Shown piece by piece: positions 24,192-37,985 of a stretch of DNA of 64,000 nucleotides; position 1 is the stretch's first letter, and each line of letters starts with the position of its first letter. Location of the stretch: positions 106,394,001 through 106,458,000 of the forward strand of contig CM059431.1 of the NCBI GenBank assembly GCA_030390025.1. The letters run 5' to 3'. The DNA comes from Squalus acanthias. Its lineage: Eukaryota. Made by a program: the position numbers and the translations under genes. The notes under the pieces are model-generated. The model made no database searches. It was not told where the DNA came from and saw nothing but the letters and a program-made list of their open reading frames with translations.

Positions 24192-24602
24192 AAAAAAAAA
24201 GAAAGACTTGCATTTCTATAGCACCCCTCATGACCACTGGATGTCTCAAAGCACTTTACAGCCAATGAAGTACAGTCACTGTTGTAATGTAGGAAACACA
24301 GCTGCCAAAATTGTGCACAGCAAGCTCCCACAAACAGCAATGTGATAATGACCAGATAATATGTTTTTGTTATGCTCTTCTTCGAAATCATGCCTTGGGA
24401 TCTTTTACGTCCACTTGAGAGAGCAGACGGGGCCTCGGTTTAAACGCTCATCCGAAAGACAGCACCTCCGACAGTACAGCACTCTCTCAGCACTGCACTG
24501 GAGTGTCAGCCTAGATTTTTGTGCTCAAGTCTCTGGAGTGGGACTTGAACCCACAACCTTCTGACTCAGAGGTGAGAGTGCTACCCACTGAGCCACAGCT
24601 GA
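24192..24602 (-). mobile_element. Deu-domain SINE with an internal deletion
   Basis: Reverse-complement A/B boxes, Deu core and tail. Confidence 0.9.
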
Positions 24603-25429
24603 AAAGGCTTTCATTGGTCAGCCCTTAATAAGTTTTTTGTTACCAAGTTAGGCTTTGCCTTAGATATTCCCTTATGTACAGCAGCGATGCTCACTCCCAT
24701 AAGCTGTCTGCGCATATCACGTTTAGGATTGTGCCCATATTACCTGGTATCTAACTGCATGATAGCATAACAGGGGTGTAACAGTAGGTCCCCTCATGAT
24801 CCAAACTCGGTATTTGGTCTCTCGCATGTGCTCTCGGTGTTGACTCTTCCACCTTTTCGAAGACAGACTGAGAGGGTGTATTTTAACTCCTTCTTATCCT
24901 TGGCAGACAAACCTATGCCGTGCCCACATAAATAGAATTGTCCTCAACACAGCGGGTCTGAATATTCATTTGGCCACATGAGATAAGATCTACCCTGGTC
25001 ATCCTAGTTCATGTGGCTTTAATAAACATTATCCAATGCCTCCAACCTGCGACCTTTCTTTTTAAACATGCGTGAATTAATGTTGTTTGAAAATGCCAGC
25101 CTTAAACATGACTCGATTCTGAAATTCTTTCCGTGAAGAACAAGCATCAAAAATCCTGAAACGTGACACCCTCCTTGTGTTCATATAACACGAGCAAAAA
25201 GTAAAACATATGACAAAACGGAAGAAACGTCTCATACTGCTTTGCCTATCATTTTAGTCACATCTACTTTTTGTTATCTTTAACAGCCCATTAAATGGAG
25301 AAAGGTTTCTGTCCTTGTCACTCATCACTGTTAAACCATGATACAACTTCCCCAGGAAACAAAGCTCAAACGGCTGATGCCTTTGATGCAACCGTCAGCA
25401 ACTTGTAATCTAAAACAAATAAAGAAAAT

Positions 25430-25693
25430 TCTATTTCGAAGAAGAGCAGGGTGAGTTCTCCCCGGTGCCCTGGCCAATATTTATCCCTAAACCAACATCA
25501 CTAAAAAACAAGATTATCTGGTCACTGTCATGTTGCTGCTTGTGGGAGCTTGCTGTGCGCAATTTGGCTGCTGCGTTTCCTACATTACAGCAGTGACTAC
25601 ATTTCAAAAGTACTTCATTGGCTGTCGAGCGTTTTGAGGCGGACTGAGGTCATTAAAGGCGCTGTATAAAAGCAAATTTCTTCGCTTTTCTTT
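25430..25693 (+). mobile_element. Deu-domain SINE, 3' half
   Basis: ctatttcgaagaagagcaggg ... aaaggcgctgtataaa. Confidence 0.85.
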
Positions 25694-26269
25694 TAAAACA
25701 ACAAATGTGGAAGGATTTACACTAAGTCACTAATATCACTGACTATCACCAGTCACAAGGGCAGCTGCTGCACTGATGAGTAAGCCTCCCACTTATAATC
25801 AGGTTGCTACATCATTCAGCTAATAAATATGCCTATATGTCAACAGTTAACTGCACTCCAAAAGTAATTTATTGCGTGAAGCATTTTTGAGACATTTCAA
25901 CATGACAAGGCAATGTATAAATATACATATTTTATTTTATATACAATTAAATATTCAAGGAGTACATCTGAAATGGATTTGCAAATCATATACCTTGTTT
26001 TAAATAATTGCATCCACTTTGATGTTACAAAAATCACCTTTGAGTGAAAGGTAAAAATTACAACGAGAAAGGAGCCAAGCACACCCATTGTACTAAATCT
26101 AACGATGGTACAAATAAACCTGTAAAACCAGATCCCTGCTTTAATGCTCTGAATCGTAGCACAATTATCATTAGGGATCAGCCCTCAATGTGAGGTCTGG
26201 TCCGAGTACTGGGCCTTTGCTGTTTCTAAATTACTCAGAATCTCTATGTAAGTACATTCATAGTTGCAG

Positions 26270-26810
26270 GCAATACTAAACTGAGCAGGGCACTTGAGTC
26301 TGCTGAGGTCGCCAAGGACCTAGGAACGGAATTGAATAAAGTCTGGAAGTAGACAGAGATGAAATTCAATACGGATAGGTGCAAGGTACTGAAAATTGGA
26401 AGAAGAACAGGCAACAGACATCACGGATGACACTGAACTAACTAATGGTGAAATGAAACAGCTCTAACAAACTCAGCACTTAACAAGTGGAGTCACTCTG
26501 GAGCAGTAATCAGCAGAGTAGATAGAATGCTGAATTATATTACTAAATCAGTAAATAACAAGCTGAGGTGTTATGTTGATACTTCAGTGCTCTCGTCAAA
26601 CCTCACACTGAGTGTTGGTTTTCAAGGCACAAGGGAAACATTGAAGGTCGCAGGGCAGTGCAAAAAAGAGCCATGCCTCTGATCCCTGCTGTGAGAAGAT
26701 TGATTGATGAGCAATGGCTGGAGCCATTTGGTCTCTTCAGCCTTGAAAGGATGTGAGACTGGGATGAGACTTCATGGACGTATTTAAGAGTAAAGGGTAT
26801 GTAAAAAATA
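26270..26810 (+). mobile_element. Highly degenerate CR1 fragment
   Basis: agatgaaattcaatacggataggtgcaaggtact and ctcttcagccttgaaagga resemble CR1 ORF2 (QMKFNxxKCKV, LFSLEKR). Confidence 0.5.
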
Positions 26811-26817
26811 ATCCTGA

Positions 26818-27295
26818 GCAACATCAGCATTTATATAGCTCCTTTAACGTAGTAAGATGACCCAAGGCTCTTCACAGGAGTGTTATCAAACAAAATTTGA
26901 CACCGAGCCACACAAGGAGATTTTAGGGCAGTTGGAGGTGCGTTTTAAGGAGCGTCTTCAAGGGGGAAAGGGAGGTAGAGAGGCAGCGAGGTTTAGGGAG
27001 GGAATTCCAGAGCTTAGGGCCTCGGCAGCTGAAGGCACGGCCGCCAATGGTGGAGCGATGAAAATCGGGGAGGCGCAAGAGGCCAGAATTAGAGGAGCGC
27101 AGAGGGTTATAGGGCTGGAGGAGATTACAGAGATAGGGAGGGGCGAGGAACACGGACGGATTTGAAAACGAGGCTGAAAATTTTAAAAATCGAGGCACTG
27201 CTCGACCGGGAGCCAATGTAGGTCAGCGAGCACAGGGGGTGATGGGTGAACGGGACTTGATGCAAGTTAGGACACGGGCAGTAGAGTTTTGGGTC
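26818..27295 (-). mobile_element. L2 LINE 3' fragment
   Basis: ORF 26923-27216 LAPPYLCNLLQPY...GGRAFSCRGPKLWNSLP. Confidence 0.9.
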
Positions 27296-27870
27296 AGCTT
27301 AAGTCAGTACTTCAAGTTTAATCTTGATGATAGCACAGGGGGCGGTAGGCTCATACTAGTGAAGGAAAATTTAGGATTGATTACTGATTACTCTTTCAGA
27401 CAAAAAAGTGATCAACACAAGGAATGGCTTGGGCAGTGGAGGTGAAAACATTGGAAATATTCAATTGGGTGCTGCGATGCGGTGTGTAGATTTTGACAGA
27501 TGAATGAGTTAAAATGGCCTCTCTCTTCCATATTATCCTTATATGATTTTGTGCCTCAATTGCAAATGTACTTTCCCATGAAAATTTTTAATGACTTGGT
27601 GTAAATAGGATCATCATTTGTAATTACTCTTTAGCTTGCGAATCGTATAATTATACTTTTTTTTTACTCACTGAAGGGACTCAGCCTGTTGATGAACTCA
27701 TACATATTCACAATGGGCAGTACACTTAATCCAGACCTAAATGATGTGCAGTGAAATGTCACAATAAAAGAGAATAAAGCAATTCAAAAGGCAGCTGTTT
27801 GCTCTGCACTTTGCGTTCACAGAACTGGGCATTTCTGCTTCAATTAAATTCAAGGTGGTCTGAAAATAAT

Positions 27871-28018
27871 AGGGATGGATTTTTTAACCCGCCATTTGGG
27901 TGTGAAACTGACGTTGCAGATCAGCTACCAGATTCAGAAACCGCCCAATTTTCATTGCCGCAGATTCTATCATGACCGCATCGATTTGACACCCAGGCGG
28001 TCAACTTAACACGTCCAA
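27871..28018. mobile_element. Imperfect palindromic MITE-like element
   Basis: ccgccatttgggtgtgaaa / tttgacacccaggcgg symmetry. Confidence 0.45.
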
Positions 28019-28038
28019 TAAATGCAACCAGAGACACA

Positions 28039-28465
28039 CATAGAATCATCGAATCTTAGAATGGTTACAGCACAGAAGGAGGCCATTGGACCCGTCGAGC
28101 CTGTGCCGGCTCTCTGCAAGAGCACTTCAGCTAGTCCCACTCCCCCACTCTTTCCCCGTAGCCCTGCAAATTTCTTTCCTTCAGATACTTATCCGATTGC
28201 CTTTTGAAAGCCACAATTGAATCTGCCTCCACCACCCTTTCAGGCAGTGCATTCCAGATCCTAACCACTCGCTGCGTAAAAAAGGTTTTTCCTCATGTCG
28301 CCTTTGGTTCTTCTGCCAATCACCTTAGACCTGTGTCCTCTGGTTCTCGACCCTTCCGTCAATGGGAACAGTTTCTCTCTATCTACTCTGTCCAGACCCA
28401 TCATGATTTTGAACACCTCTATCAAATCTCCACTCAACCTTCTCTGCGCTAAGGAGAACAACCCC
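28039..28465 (-). mobile_element. CR1 LINE 3' fragment
   Basis: GLFSLAQRRLSGDLIEVFKIM; catagaat tail. Confidence 0.92.
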
Positions 28466-29068
28466 AAAACGTGCTCAGAGCTCTGGTTACAATTATTGGA
28501 GAATCCCAGTTACATTTTAACCTTCACAAAAGAGGCAATGGGAAAGTCAGTGCTTTGTTAACACTGAGAAGGTGGAAAGCTCCCAGGCATCTGCCAGACC
28601 ACAAGGGAACCTTTAAAAGGTTGCTTTGTACCGGGTACAGTTCGACAGCAGCGAATTAGAAACTGACGCAGTGTATGACTATCTCCTTGAGGTGCTTTTT
28701 TGCACCACTTCAATCTAAATTCAACTTGGGTGACTTAGCGCCAGGATTTGTCATACATTTTCCATCAGTTTGAAGCCCAAACTGCGTAGTACCAGCGCAC
28801 AATGTGGCCTACGGATCTCTCGGAGGTAGATACTGAAAAACCGCCGGGAACCATAAAAATAAAATGGCTTCCACCACCTTAAAGAAAGAACTTGCAGTTA
28901 TTTAATTAACCTCTGAACCCTGAAGTTCATCCTGATATTTTACACAATTGCTTTGGCATTTTAATATTGTTTTCCTCTATCGACAAACAATATAAGAAAC
29001 CGAATCACAGATTTTATGATGTAAGACATCCCAGATAAGTGATGGACATGCATTGGCAGGATATTGTT

Positions 29069-29185
29069 TCAGTTCTGATGGATGGTCCTTCCTGAAACAT
29101 TAACCGATCTTTCTCTTTCAGATGCTGACAAACCTGCTGGCATTTGCAGCAATTTCACTTTTTACTTCAGATTTCCAATGTTTCA
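29069..29185 (+). mobile_element. Old degenerate Penelope family A pLTR with a decayed hammerhead
   Basis: cagttctgatgga...cctgaaacattaac...gatgctgac...cctgctg...tcagatttcca. Confidence 0.55.
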
Positions 29186-29342
29186 CATTTTCTTTTTAGT
29201 TCAGGGATTCTCATAATATGGACTGCTTGTAAAATATAGTCATTTGCATGACATAAACTCTTGAGTCTATGCACACTTAATAGGGTTTGCTATTTACACA
29301 CATCAGCATTGGTCCACCTTTAATTTCACTTGTAAAATACCT

Positions 29343-29956
29343 GGGCTCCAAATTTCCGTGGGTCACCATCTCAGGCAGTTATGCCTGGAACATGCCCAAC
29401 AAATGCCCTACAGCGCTGAGCCTGTCTTAGTTCACAGGGTCAGTGGGAGGTCATCTCTTTAACATGGAGCAGACAGGGGCAAGCACCACCAAATGCACAT
29501 TTCTGGCAACAATCTGCCCCATGCCCATGGACTCTCAACTCTTCCCCTGCCCTTGGTGGGGTGGGGGAGTGGGACGGGTAGTCAAGGTCCCCCTAACACT
29601 GGCCATGTTCTCCTCAGTCTCTTGAGTAAAGGGGCACCAGCCCTGGGTAACATTTCCATGCCTGGTCGGGACCCCAACCAGTGAGGCTGACATGTGGCCT
29701 TGTGGAATTCACTATGCCGCCACTCATGCAGTGTAAGGACTACCACAGAAACACCAGCTCCCCTTCCAGGCTCAAGTACTTATTGAGTCCCTGGCCACTG
29801 TATGGGGTGGATGGAGGTTCGGCCCCTGACAAGTCAACCAGGAATCTTCCAGGAATGACAGAGCCCTGGAGTAACCACGTCTCCATCGTTTCCCCAGGAG
29901 ATCAGCCATTCTCCCACCAGAGTTACTGCAGGAGGCCGGCAAAGAATTTCAGGCCC
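29343..29956. mobile_element. Degenerate GGG-TIR DNA transposon remnant
   Basis: gggctccaaattt / aatttcaggccc ends; GC-richer than the flanks; no clean TSD. Confidence 0.4.
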
Positions 29957-31559
29957 ATCCACTCCAGAACAGTCATAAACTAAATCCAATTCAGTAAAAG
30001 AATGACTATTATCAGGCACATCATGCATACTTGCAGTATGCCTGTTAATCTAGCAATAACTACAAGCTTGACATTTCCTTTTCAAAGTCTCCTTTAGGTT
30101 GTGATTTCTGAGGTGTTAGATTCAAAACAAATGATAACAACACAGAACATGAAAGGTGCTATCTTGCTGACTGCATCCTAGCCTTTCAGTATTCTACACA
30201 CTGGGTTGGTTTCAATTATTTTTCAACATGTTACTCTTGGAGCGTACACAGTACCACAGGGAAACCTGACAAAAACAAAATCACACGCATCACATGTCTA
30301 CAGGTTGTGAATTCATCTATGTTCAGCTGCCTCATTGCGTAGCAAAAATATTCTATAAACACGATAAAACAAGGGGCTTGATGGAACTGCAACTATCTTG
30401 TTTATACCCGTGTTACCGTCACTGCAAAGTGTCTTGCAAAACACTTTGCTGTGTTTCCAAATTCAGGAGGCCACATTGACGCACACACCATGTCACTTGT
30501 GTCTGGTAAATACAATATTATTTTTACCTTCTATATAATAATTAAAAACTGTATCACCCTGCACCAGATATAGCCTCTGGCAATGCAGGCTTGACGTCGC
30601 CATCAACATGATGTTTTCTGGGCTGTTGTTGGTTCTTCCAGGAGCAAAAACAACAGTACTAAAATTCTGCAGATGAGGAAGTAATTCCCCTTTAATTGGT
30701 TCAGGCAGAAATGGGAAAGATTATTCCAGCATTATCTCGGGTACTGTGTTGCAAGGCCGAGAACTGGCCCACAACTGCCCGGTAATTAATCTTTCTTGGC
30801 ATGCACACAGCAGCTGCAGAAGTCTACCTATTAAAACATTTTCACTTCTGGGGCAGATTCCATTGGAAGATCTTGCAAGTTTTTACAGCAGATATTCATT
30901 GCAGGAAAATAAGGGTTTTTAAAAAAAAAAAAATTATGCTTTGGCTGCTGATCTCCACTCTTTGTCCCCGGACATTGACAATCTGACCTGGGACACAAGA
31001 GCTTCCTGCACAAGTGTTTATGACAATGATCTCGGCTTTAGAAGCTGAAATTCAGAGCAATTTCTTTTTTGCTGGGATTCTTTAATTGTACCTACTTGGC
31101 AAAAAAAAAATTGATGCAATGCAGCTTGAACTAAGGTACTGCATTCAATAGTTAAATCGTAAACCATTGCCTCACTTCTGTTCACAATTAACAGTTCCTT
31201 GATGGCACATGTCTGGTCCAGGAGGCAGTGAGATATTTACGATTGGTTATTTATATCCTGAGAGTAATGCTGATGATGCCACTGCCTTATGTAAAATTAA
31301 TTGTTTTTATGTTAATATCGTACCGCATAAACTTGTAGCTTAAACTCATGAGGAAGACGGGATACTAGGGAAAATAATCCAAATATCCCACTTGCCCTTT
31401 GCACATCCCATGAAGTGAATTGCAATCAACATTGTTTTGACAAAATTAGTGTGCTGTTGCCAGGGATTGACAGATATTGCTAAAAGTCCTCTGTCTGCAT
31501 ACCTATGCACGCAGCGAGAAATATATGCCTTAAAGACATGTGATTGCTGTGCTGACATG

Positions 31560-31853
31560 TCAGAGTCTCAGAATAAGGGGGTCGGCCATTTAGGACCGAG
31601 ATGAGGAGGAATTTCTTCACTCAAAGGGTTGTGGATCTTTGGAATTCTCTACCCCTGAGGGCTGTGGCTGATCAGTCACTGAATATATTCAAGACAGAGA
31701 TCAATAGATTTTTGGACTCTAAGGGAATCATGGGATATGGGGATCGGGCGGGAAAGTGGAGTTGAGGTAGAAGATCAGCCATGATCTTATTGAATGGCGG
31801 AGCAGGCTCGAAGGGATGAATGGCCTACTCCTGCTCCTACTTCTTATGTTCTT
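31560..31853 (+). mobile_element. CR1 LINE 3' fragment
   Basis: gagatgaggaggaatttcttcactca...aatggcctactcctgctcct, ttcttatgttct tail. Confidence 0.9.
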
Positions 31854-32245
31854 ACTCCAGTGCAGTACTGAGAGAATGCTGCACGGGCTTGACGGGCCCA
31901 ATGGCCCCCTTCAGAGGTGCCGTCTTTCAGATGAGATGTTAAACTGAGGCCCTGTCTGCTCTCTCAGGTGGACGATAAAGATCCCATGGCACTATTTCGA
32001 AGAAGGTCAGGGGAGTTATCCCCAGTGTCCTGGCCAATATTTATCCCTCAATCAACAGCACTAAAACAGATTATCTGGTCATTATTAAAATGCTGTTTAT
32101 GGGAGCTTGCTGTGTGCAAATTGGCTGCCGCGTTTCCTACATTACAACAGTGACTACACTTCAAAAAAGTACTTCATTGGCTGTAAAGCGCTTTGGGATG
32201 TCTGGTGGTCGTGAAAGGCGCTATAGAAATGCAAGTCTTTCTTTC
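31854..32245 (+). mobile_element. Deu-domain SINE (head missing); extra tail copy at about 32395-32505
   Basis: Deu core and tail. Confidence 0.88.
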
Positions 32246-32661
32246 TTATGTTACCTACACTTAGATAAAACAAAACCAGTGAAGTGCCTGGTTTGTTTTC
32301 ATTATGTTGTCACGCCTTTGACAGTGGGTCACACAAGCCCCATGAAGCATGTACCACAATTTGGGCAAATTTGCCTCCTTTCAGCAGGCACCTTTATTTC
32401 CTACATTACAACAGCGACAACACTTCAAAAGCACTTCATTGGCTGTAAAGCGCTTTGGGACATCCTGAGGTTGTGAAAGGCGCTGTATAAACTCTTTTCT
32501 TTCTTTCACTTCCCGCTAAATGCTCTTTCACGGACACAACCAAACATTAAAATATAACATTTACAGTGTGCCAGGGCGCTGAGTGAGAAAAAAAAATAAT
32601 CAAACAATAATGTTATTCCCCATCTCAGTAAATTATTCAGAACACGGGCATTCAGAATTAA

Positions 32662-32986
32662 GGGCAACACGGTGGCATAGTGGTTAGCACTGGTGCCTCA
32701 CAGCGCCAGAGACCCGGGTTCGAATCTGACCTCGGGTGACTGTCTGTGTGGAGTTTGCACATTCTCCCCGTGTCTGCGTGGGTTTTCTCCGGGCGCTCCG
32801 GTTTCCTCCCACAGTCCAAAAATGTGCGGGTTAGGTTGATTTGGCTATGATAAATTGACCCTTAGTGTTAGGGGGGGATTAAATATGTGGGGTTATGGGG
32901 ATAGGATGGGATATGTTAGGGGGAATTAAATACGTGGGGTTACGTGGGGTTACGGGGGTAGGGTGGGATATGTGTACTGTGGGGAT
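32662..32986 (+). mobile_element. V-SINE (HE1-like) with an internal tandem duplication
   Basis: A/B boxes and V-domain; the ggggg(a)ttaaata..gtggggtta..ggatatgt unit is repeated. Confidence 0.9.
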
Positions 32987-33109
32987 TAAAGCAGGGACAG
33001 GGTACTGGATTTGGATGATCAGCCATGATCGTATTGAATGGCGGAGCAGGCTCGACGGGCCGAATGGCCTACTCCTGCTCCTAGATTCTATGTTTCTATG
33101 TTTCTATGT
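32987..33109 (+). mobile_element. CR1 3' UTR fragment
   Basis: gatcagccatgatc...aatggcctactcctgctcct and (ttctatgt)n. Confidence 0.85.
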
Positions 33110-34289
33110 AACACACTCGGGTGTACAATTCAGGAAAATTCAGGCACAAAACACTGCATACCTCTAATTGAAATTCTCGTTGACAACATCTTTACTTAGC
33201 TGTCATGTGTAGGAACTTTCTTCTTGCACAAACAATGTAATAAAAAGAAATCCTGTGACCTTTGTTAGCAGGAATGATTTAGACACAATTTGAAACATAT
33301 TCCGTTTGGTTTGTTTTATACTGACACTAATTAATGACCAATTTGACAGGGTATGGATTAACAGGAGCCTCTTCACACACCAACATTCTGCCCGCCTCAA
33401 TCCTTTGCATTCCTTTCCATGTCAATCATTATTGCCTCAGCGCACATGCCAGAGAGTAAGCGTAACTGAATTAAATATTTCAGAGTATCTGTGCAGATAC
33501 GTCCCACCCCCACCCAGCTAAAGAATTGCCTCGCAACGAAGTAGCTCCTCTCCCCAATGCTCCTTCCCTCCGAAGGGTTCTTTCATGCCTTGAAGATCTC
33601 CACCAACTCAATTGAAGAAAAGTAGGATTTTTATGCTTCAGTTGTATCCATTTTGCCTGTAACCATTTAAATAACTCATAAGGATCTGTTCCCTAGGAAT
33701 GTAGTACACAGGTTCACCTGTACCTTGCACAATGTATGGGTCCCACCGAGTATTTTACAAATAGCTTTCACCTGCAAACACTGATGTTTCCAGTACATTT
33801 AGGCCAAATGCTTACAGATTCCTGTTACCCCTATTATTGTGTTGCATACAGTAAGATTAACTGCACTTATCTATTTGAAACCTTTAAACAGCGTGCCCCC
33901 CAACTGAATAAAGAATGACTACTTTACAAGGATATCCCACCAACCAGGGTAAGGATGGATGTGACTGAATCTGTAAATTTAATGCGGCAGTTTACAAGAC
34001 CAGGATAGTGGCCAGGAACTGCGAGACACTAAACTAATCTAGTGACGTGGTGCCACAGCATGTCTGAGGACACGTGGTCGCGTGAAGCAGAACACAGAGT
34101 GGCGGTTACCCATATTATGAATTTACAATGTCAGCAATTGTATAAGGGATCGTAGCAGGGAGCAGGTTTGTGCCATAATGAGGGAGTAAAGAATATTGAA
34201 GGAAGAATCACACTCGAGTGTTCACCCATCTCTCTTCATGCTAGTGATGCTGGAGCACTGGGCTGCCATTGTCTCAGCCCAGGGATTGT

Positions 34290-34697
34290 AAGAAAGACTT
34301 GCATTTCTATAGCGCCTTTTATGACCTCAGGATGTCCCAAAGTGCTTTACAGCCAAGGAAGTGGAGTCACTGTTGTAATGTAAGAAATGCAGCAGCCAAT
34401 TTGCGCACACAGCAAGCTCCCACAAACAGCAATGTGATAATGACCAGATAATCTGTTTATTTTAAGCGGCGTTGGTTGAGGGATAAATATTGGCCAGGAC
34501 ACCGGGGATAACTCCCCTACTCTTCTTCGAAATGAAATGTTTTACATCCACCTGAGAGAGCAGACGTCGGTTTAACATCTCATCCCGATGACGGCACTTC
34601 CGACAGTGCAGCACTGCACTGGAGTGTTAGCCTGGATTTTCTGCTCAAGTCTCTGGAGTGGGGCTTGGCTCAGAGCCGAGAGTGCTGCCGACTGGCA
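34290..34697 (-). mobile_element. Deu-domain SINE
   Basis: Reverse-complement match to the family. Confidence 0.88.
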
Positions 34698-36412
34698 CGT
34701 AGAGGATAAGGGAGGCAATAAGGAGAAAAATGTGCGATTTTTTTCCAATGCCTTCTGGATAAAAGGACCATAAACTCCAATGGAGGGGTTCAGAAACATC
34801 ATAAACCACAAGAGCAAAGCTCAAGCAACTCCCCTTCATCAGCTGAACCCCAAACAATTCACCAGCTAATGAGAGCAAGTCGCTGTGCAAGGAGCCACAG
34901 GCTTGAACACATGTTGCACTATTCTGCAATACGACCTATTGCAGCTCAAAGGTGCTGGCCATCATGCTGCCCGGTGGGAATTTTTGTTGTCCTAAGTTCA
35001 CTCACAAACATTTAACATTGTTTACTCTCGGGGACAGTGAACCTGTTAATGGCAGATGACCCGCTTGATTTCGCGGGTGTCTTCGCTGAAGTAGCCCTGT
35101 GTGACGCAGAGAAGGATTTCCATGATGTATTACAGCCCAGGGTACCAGTTTATTTTGCACAAATGTTCAATAGCCGCTAATATTAAACGCAACGTACAAA
35201 AAAAAGTGAATAATTAATAGAGCAGAATAGAAATAGAACGAAAATCGTCAGAAGTACAAAAAAGCTAATCATAATTACTGACCTGTATCAGTTGTAAATT
35301 TAAATGCAGATAGAATTGGGACTGTTTGAGAGTTCTGGGCTTAAGATTCTGAAACAAGATGTGATAATTCTGCAGTGAAAATCATGCACCCTTCAGTCAC
35401 TTTCACTACATAAATCTCAGATCCTATCTATATGGAAACTATGGCTGCATGCTCACTCATGTAAAATCAGTAAACAAATTGGAAATTTACTTCAAAGAAA
35501 AATGGGCAATTTAAGTAAGAACACAGCTGGAGCTGTTACTGTTGGCAAAGGCACCTATAACCTAGTGTAGCTTTCTTTTTTGCACACCCACTTTTTAGAC
35601 AGGTCACTAAGACGGCGCAACATTCTATGTTTGGTCTGGAAGGGATTAAGCAATATTTAGGACTTGCCAAGGCAGCCTGCAATCAATGTAGACAGGTAAC
35701 AGGCACAATTTTGTTGTGACACTCTACGCAAAGCAATAGGATAACTTTGATAGGACCACCACAGGAGATGACGAACACATGAGCCTGAGTGAAAGCTTAT
35801 GTGAAACTAGTACAGCTTGCAATGCATCAGATCTAGAAAAGGTACCATGCTGTTTGTTTTTGTCTCTCCTGGGTTTTCATGCAAACTGCGATTAGAATTA
35901 GCATTCTCAAGCAAGGAGTTCACTCAGACTGCCACGTTTAAATTCCACGAGAAAATTGTCGCAGGCAGAGAGTCAAAGTAAAGAAAAAGTGATAATTGCC
36001 TTGACTATGACTGTCCCATTTATTGAATGCATTCGTGTCAACTAGAGGAAGATTTTCAAATGGACATCAGGCAGGCGGTGGGCTTGCCTTATGCCTATCT
36101 GATGTAGGGTTGCCATCTCTGGTTGGACATTATCCTGGAGATGTCATCACCTGACCTCCCGCCTCCAACCGCCCCTCCCCCACACTCCTGCCATTGGTTG
36201 CCCAATACGTCCATCCTCACAGTGCCCCGCCTTCCCACGGCCAATCGGAAAGCGAACAGCCTCTTCATTACCCGATTGGATGACCATTGACTGTCAGTCA
36301 AACAGCCTTCTTTCCCATGTCCAATATTTTTATAACTAATAAACAAAAATGATCAAAGAATTTTTTTTTTTAAAACACAATTTTTTCTTGTCCCTATGAT
36401 TTTAGAGTCATA

Positions 36413-37067
36413 GGGCTGGATTTTGATACTGGGGCGGGTTGGGGTCATGTCATCCACTTTTCGTGTTATCCACCCGACTGCAATTGGATGTGGGAGATTG
36501 ATGCGATTTTCACCTAATTGGGCAATTGAGTTACAGCATGTGGGAACCCATGAACCAATTAGTGTTTTCAGTCTGAAAGTCGCCTCTGATGATGTCATCA
36601 TTGCTGCTGCCTTCAAGGTCTGCAAAGACTGCCTGGCCTTTGCTGTGAGAGGAGCTGGAGGCAAAATGAGCAGCAGCAGCCCTAAGTCTGCTCCCAGATA
36701 TTTACCACCACCACCACCACCACCACAATCATCTCCGTTGTAATAGTGGACCTGCAGCTGATAGTCAGCTATCGAAATGTGCTCCCGCCAGGTTTCACAT
36801 TCGTGGTTCAGAACAGGCGTGTTTCACGTAGAAAAAGGGTTAAAATCACAAAGGCCTTTCAAAATGGCATTATAGAGGCAATTTAGTGCTTGTTAAGGGA
36901 CTTAACAGCCTATCCCGCCTCTTAGAGGCGGGACGGAGTCGGGACCAGCAGACACGATTTAATGAAAATTGCGTGGAAGTGGGCTTGTGCCCGCCCGCCA
37001 GTTTTCACAATTTTAACCCCCCACACGCCTCCAAACCCACCTCCACGGGTCAATGAAAATTCTGCCC
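36413..37067. mobile_element. Non-autonomous GGG-TIR DNA transposon (PIF/Harbinger-like)
   Basis: gggctggattttgat / atgaaaattctgccc; ata on both flanks. Confidence 0.7.
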
Positions 37068-37985
37068 ATAGAGTTATACAGCACAGAAAGAGGCCCTTCG
37101 GCCCATCGTGTCTGTGCCGGCCATCAAGCCCTATCTATTCTAATCCCATTTTCCAGCACTTGGTCCGTAGCCTTGTATGCTATGGTGTTTCAAGTGCTCA
37201 TCTAAATGCTTCTTGAATGTTGTGAGGGTTCCTGCCTCTACCACCCTTTCAGGCAGTGAGTTCCAGATTCCAACCACCGTCTGGGTGAAAAAGTTTTTCC
37301 TCAAATCCCCTCTAAACCTCCTGCCCCTTACCTTGAAACTATGCCCCCTGGTTATTGACCCCTCTACTAAGGGGAAAAGTTCCTTTCTATCTACCCTATC
37401 TATGCCCCTCATAATTTTGTACACCTCAATCAGGTCCCCCCTCAGCCTTCTCTGCTCTAAGGAAAACAACCCCAGCCTGTCCAGTCTCTCTTCATAGCTG
37501 AAGCGCTCCAGCCCAGGTAACATCCTGGTGAATCTCCTCTGCACCCTCTCCAATGCAATCACATCCTTCCTATAGTGTGGCAACCAGAACTGCACACAGT
37601 ATTCCAGCTGTGGCCTAACTAGCGTTTTGTACAGCTCCATCATAACCTCCCTGCTCTTATATTCTATGCCTCGGCTAATAAAGGCAAGTATCCCATATGC
37701 CTTTTTAACCACCTTATCTACCTGTCCTGCTGCCTTCAGGGATCTATGTACATGCACACCAAAATCCCTCTGATCCTCTGTCCTTCCTAGGGTCCTACCA
37801 TTCATTGTGTATTCCCTTGCCTTGTTAGTCCTCCCAAAATGCATCACCTCACACAATTTTCAGGGTTAAATTCCATTTGCCACTGTTCAGCCCATCTAAC
37901 CAACCCGTCTATATCGTCCTGTAGCCTGAGGCTTCCCTCCTCGCTATTTACCACTCCACCAATTTCGTGTCATCTGCGAACTTAC
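37068..37985 (-). mobile_element. CR1 LINE 3' fragment (tail continues at 36403-36412)
   Basis: 238-aa ORF 37140-37856 CEVMHFG...[17 protein letters not shown]...RRLRGDLIEVYKIM. Confidence 0.96.

Noticed and set aside
36667..36743. Myb/SANT-like start (SPKSAPRY) followed by poly-proline
   Set aside because: Too short, followed by a (cca)n repeat and a stop; at most a remnant inside the MITE.
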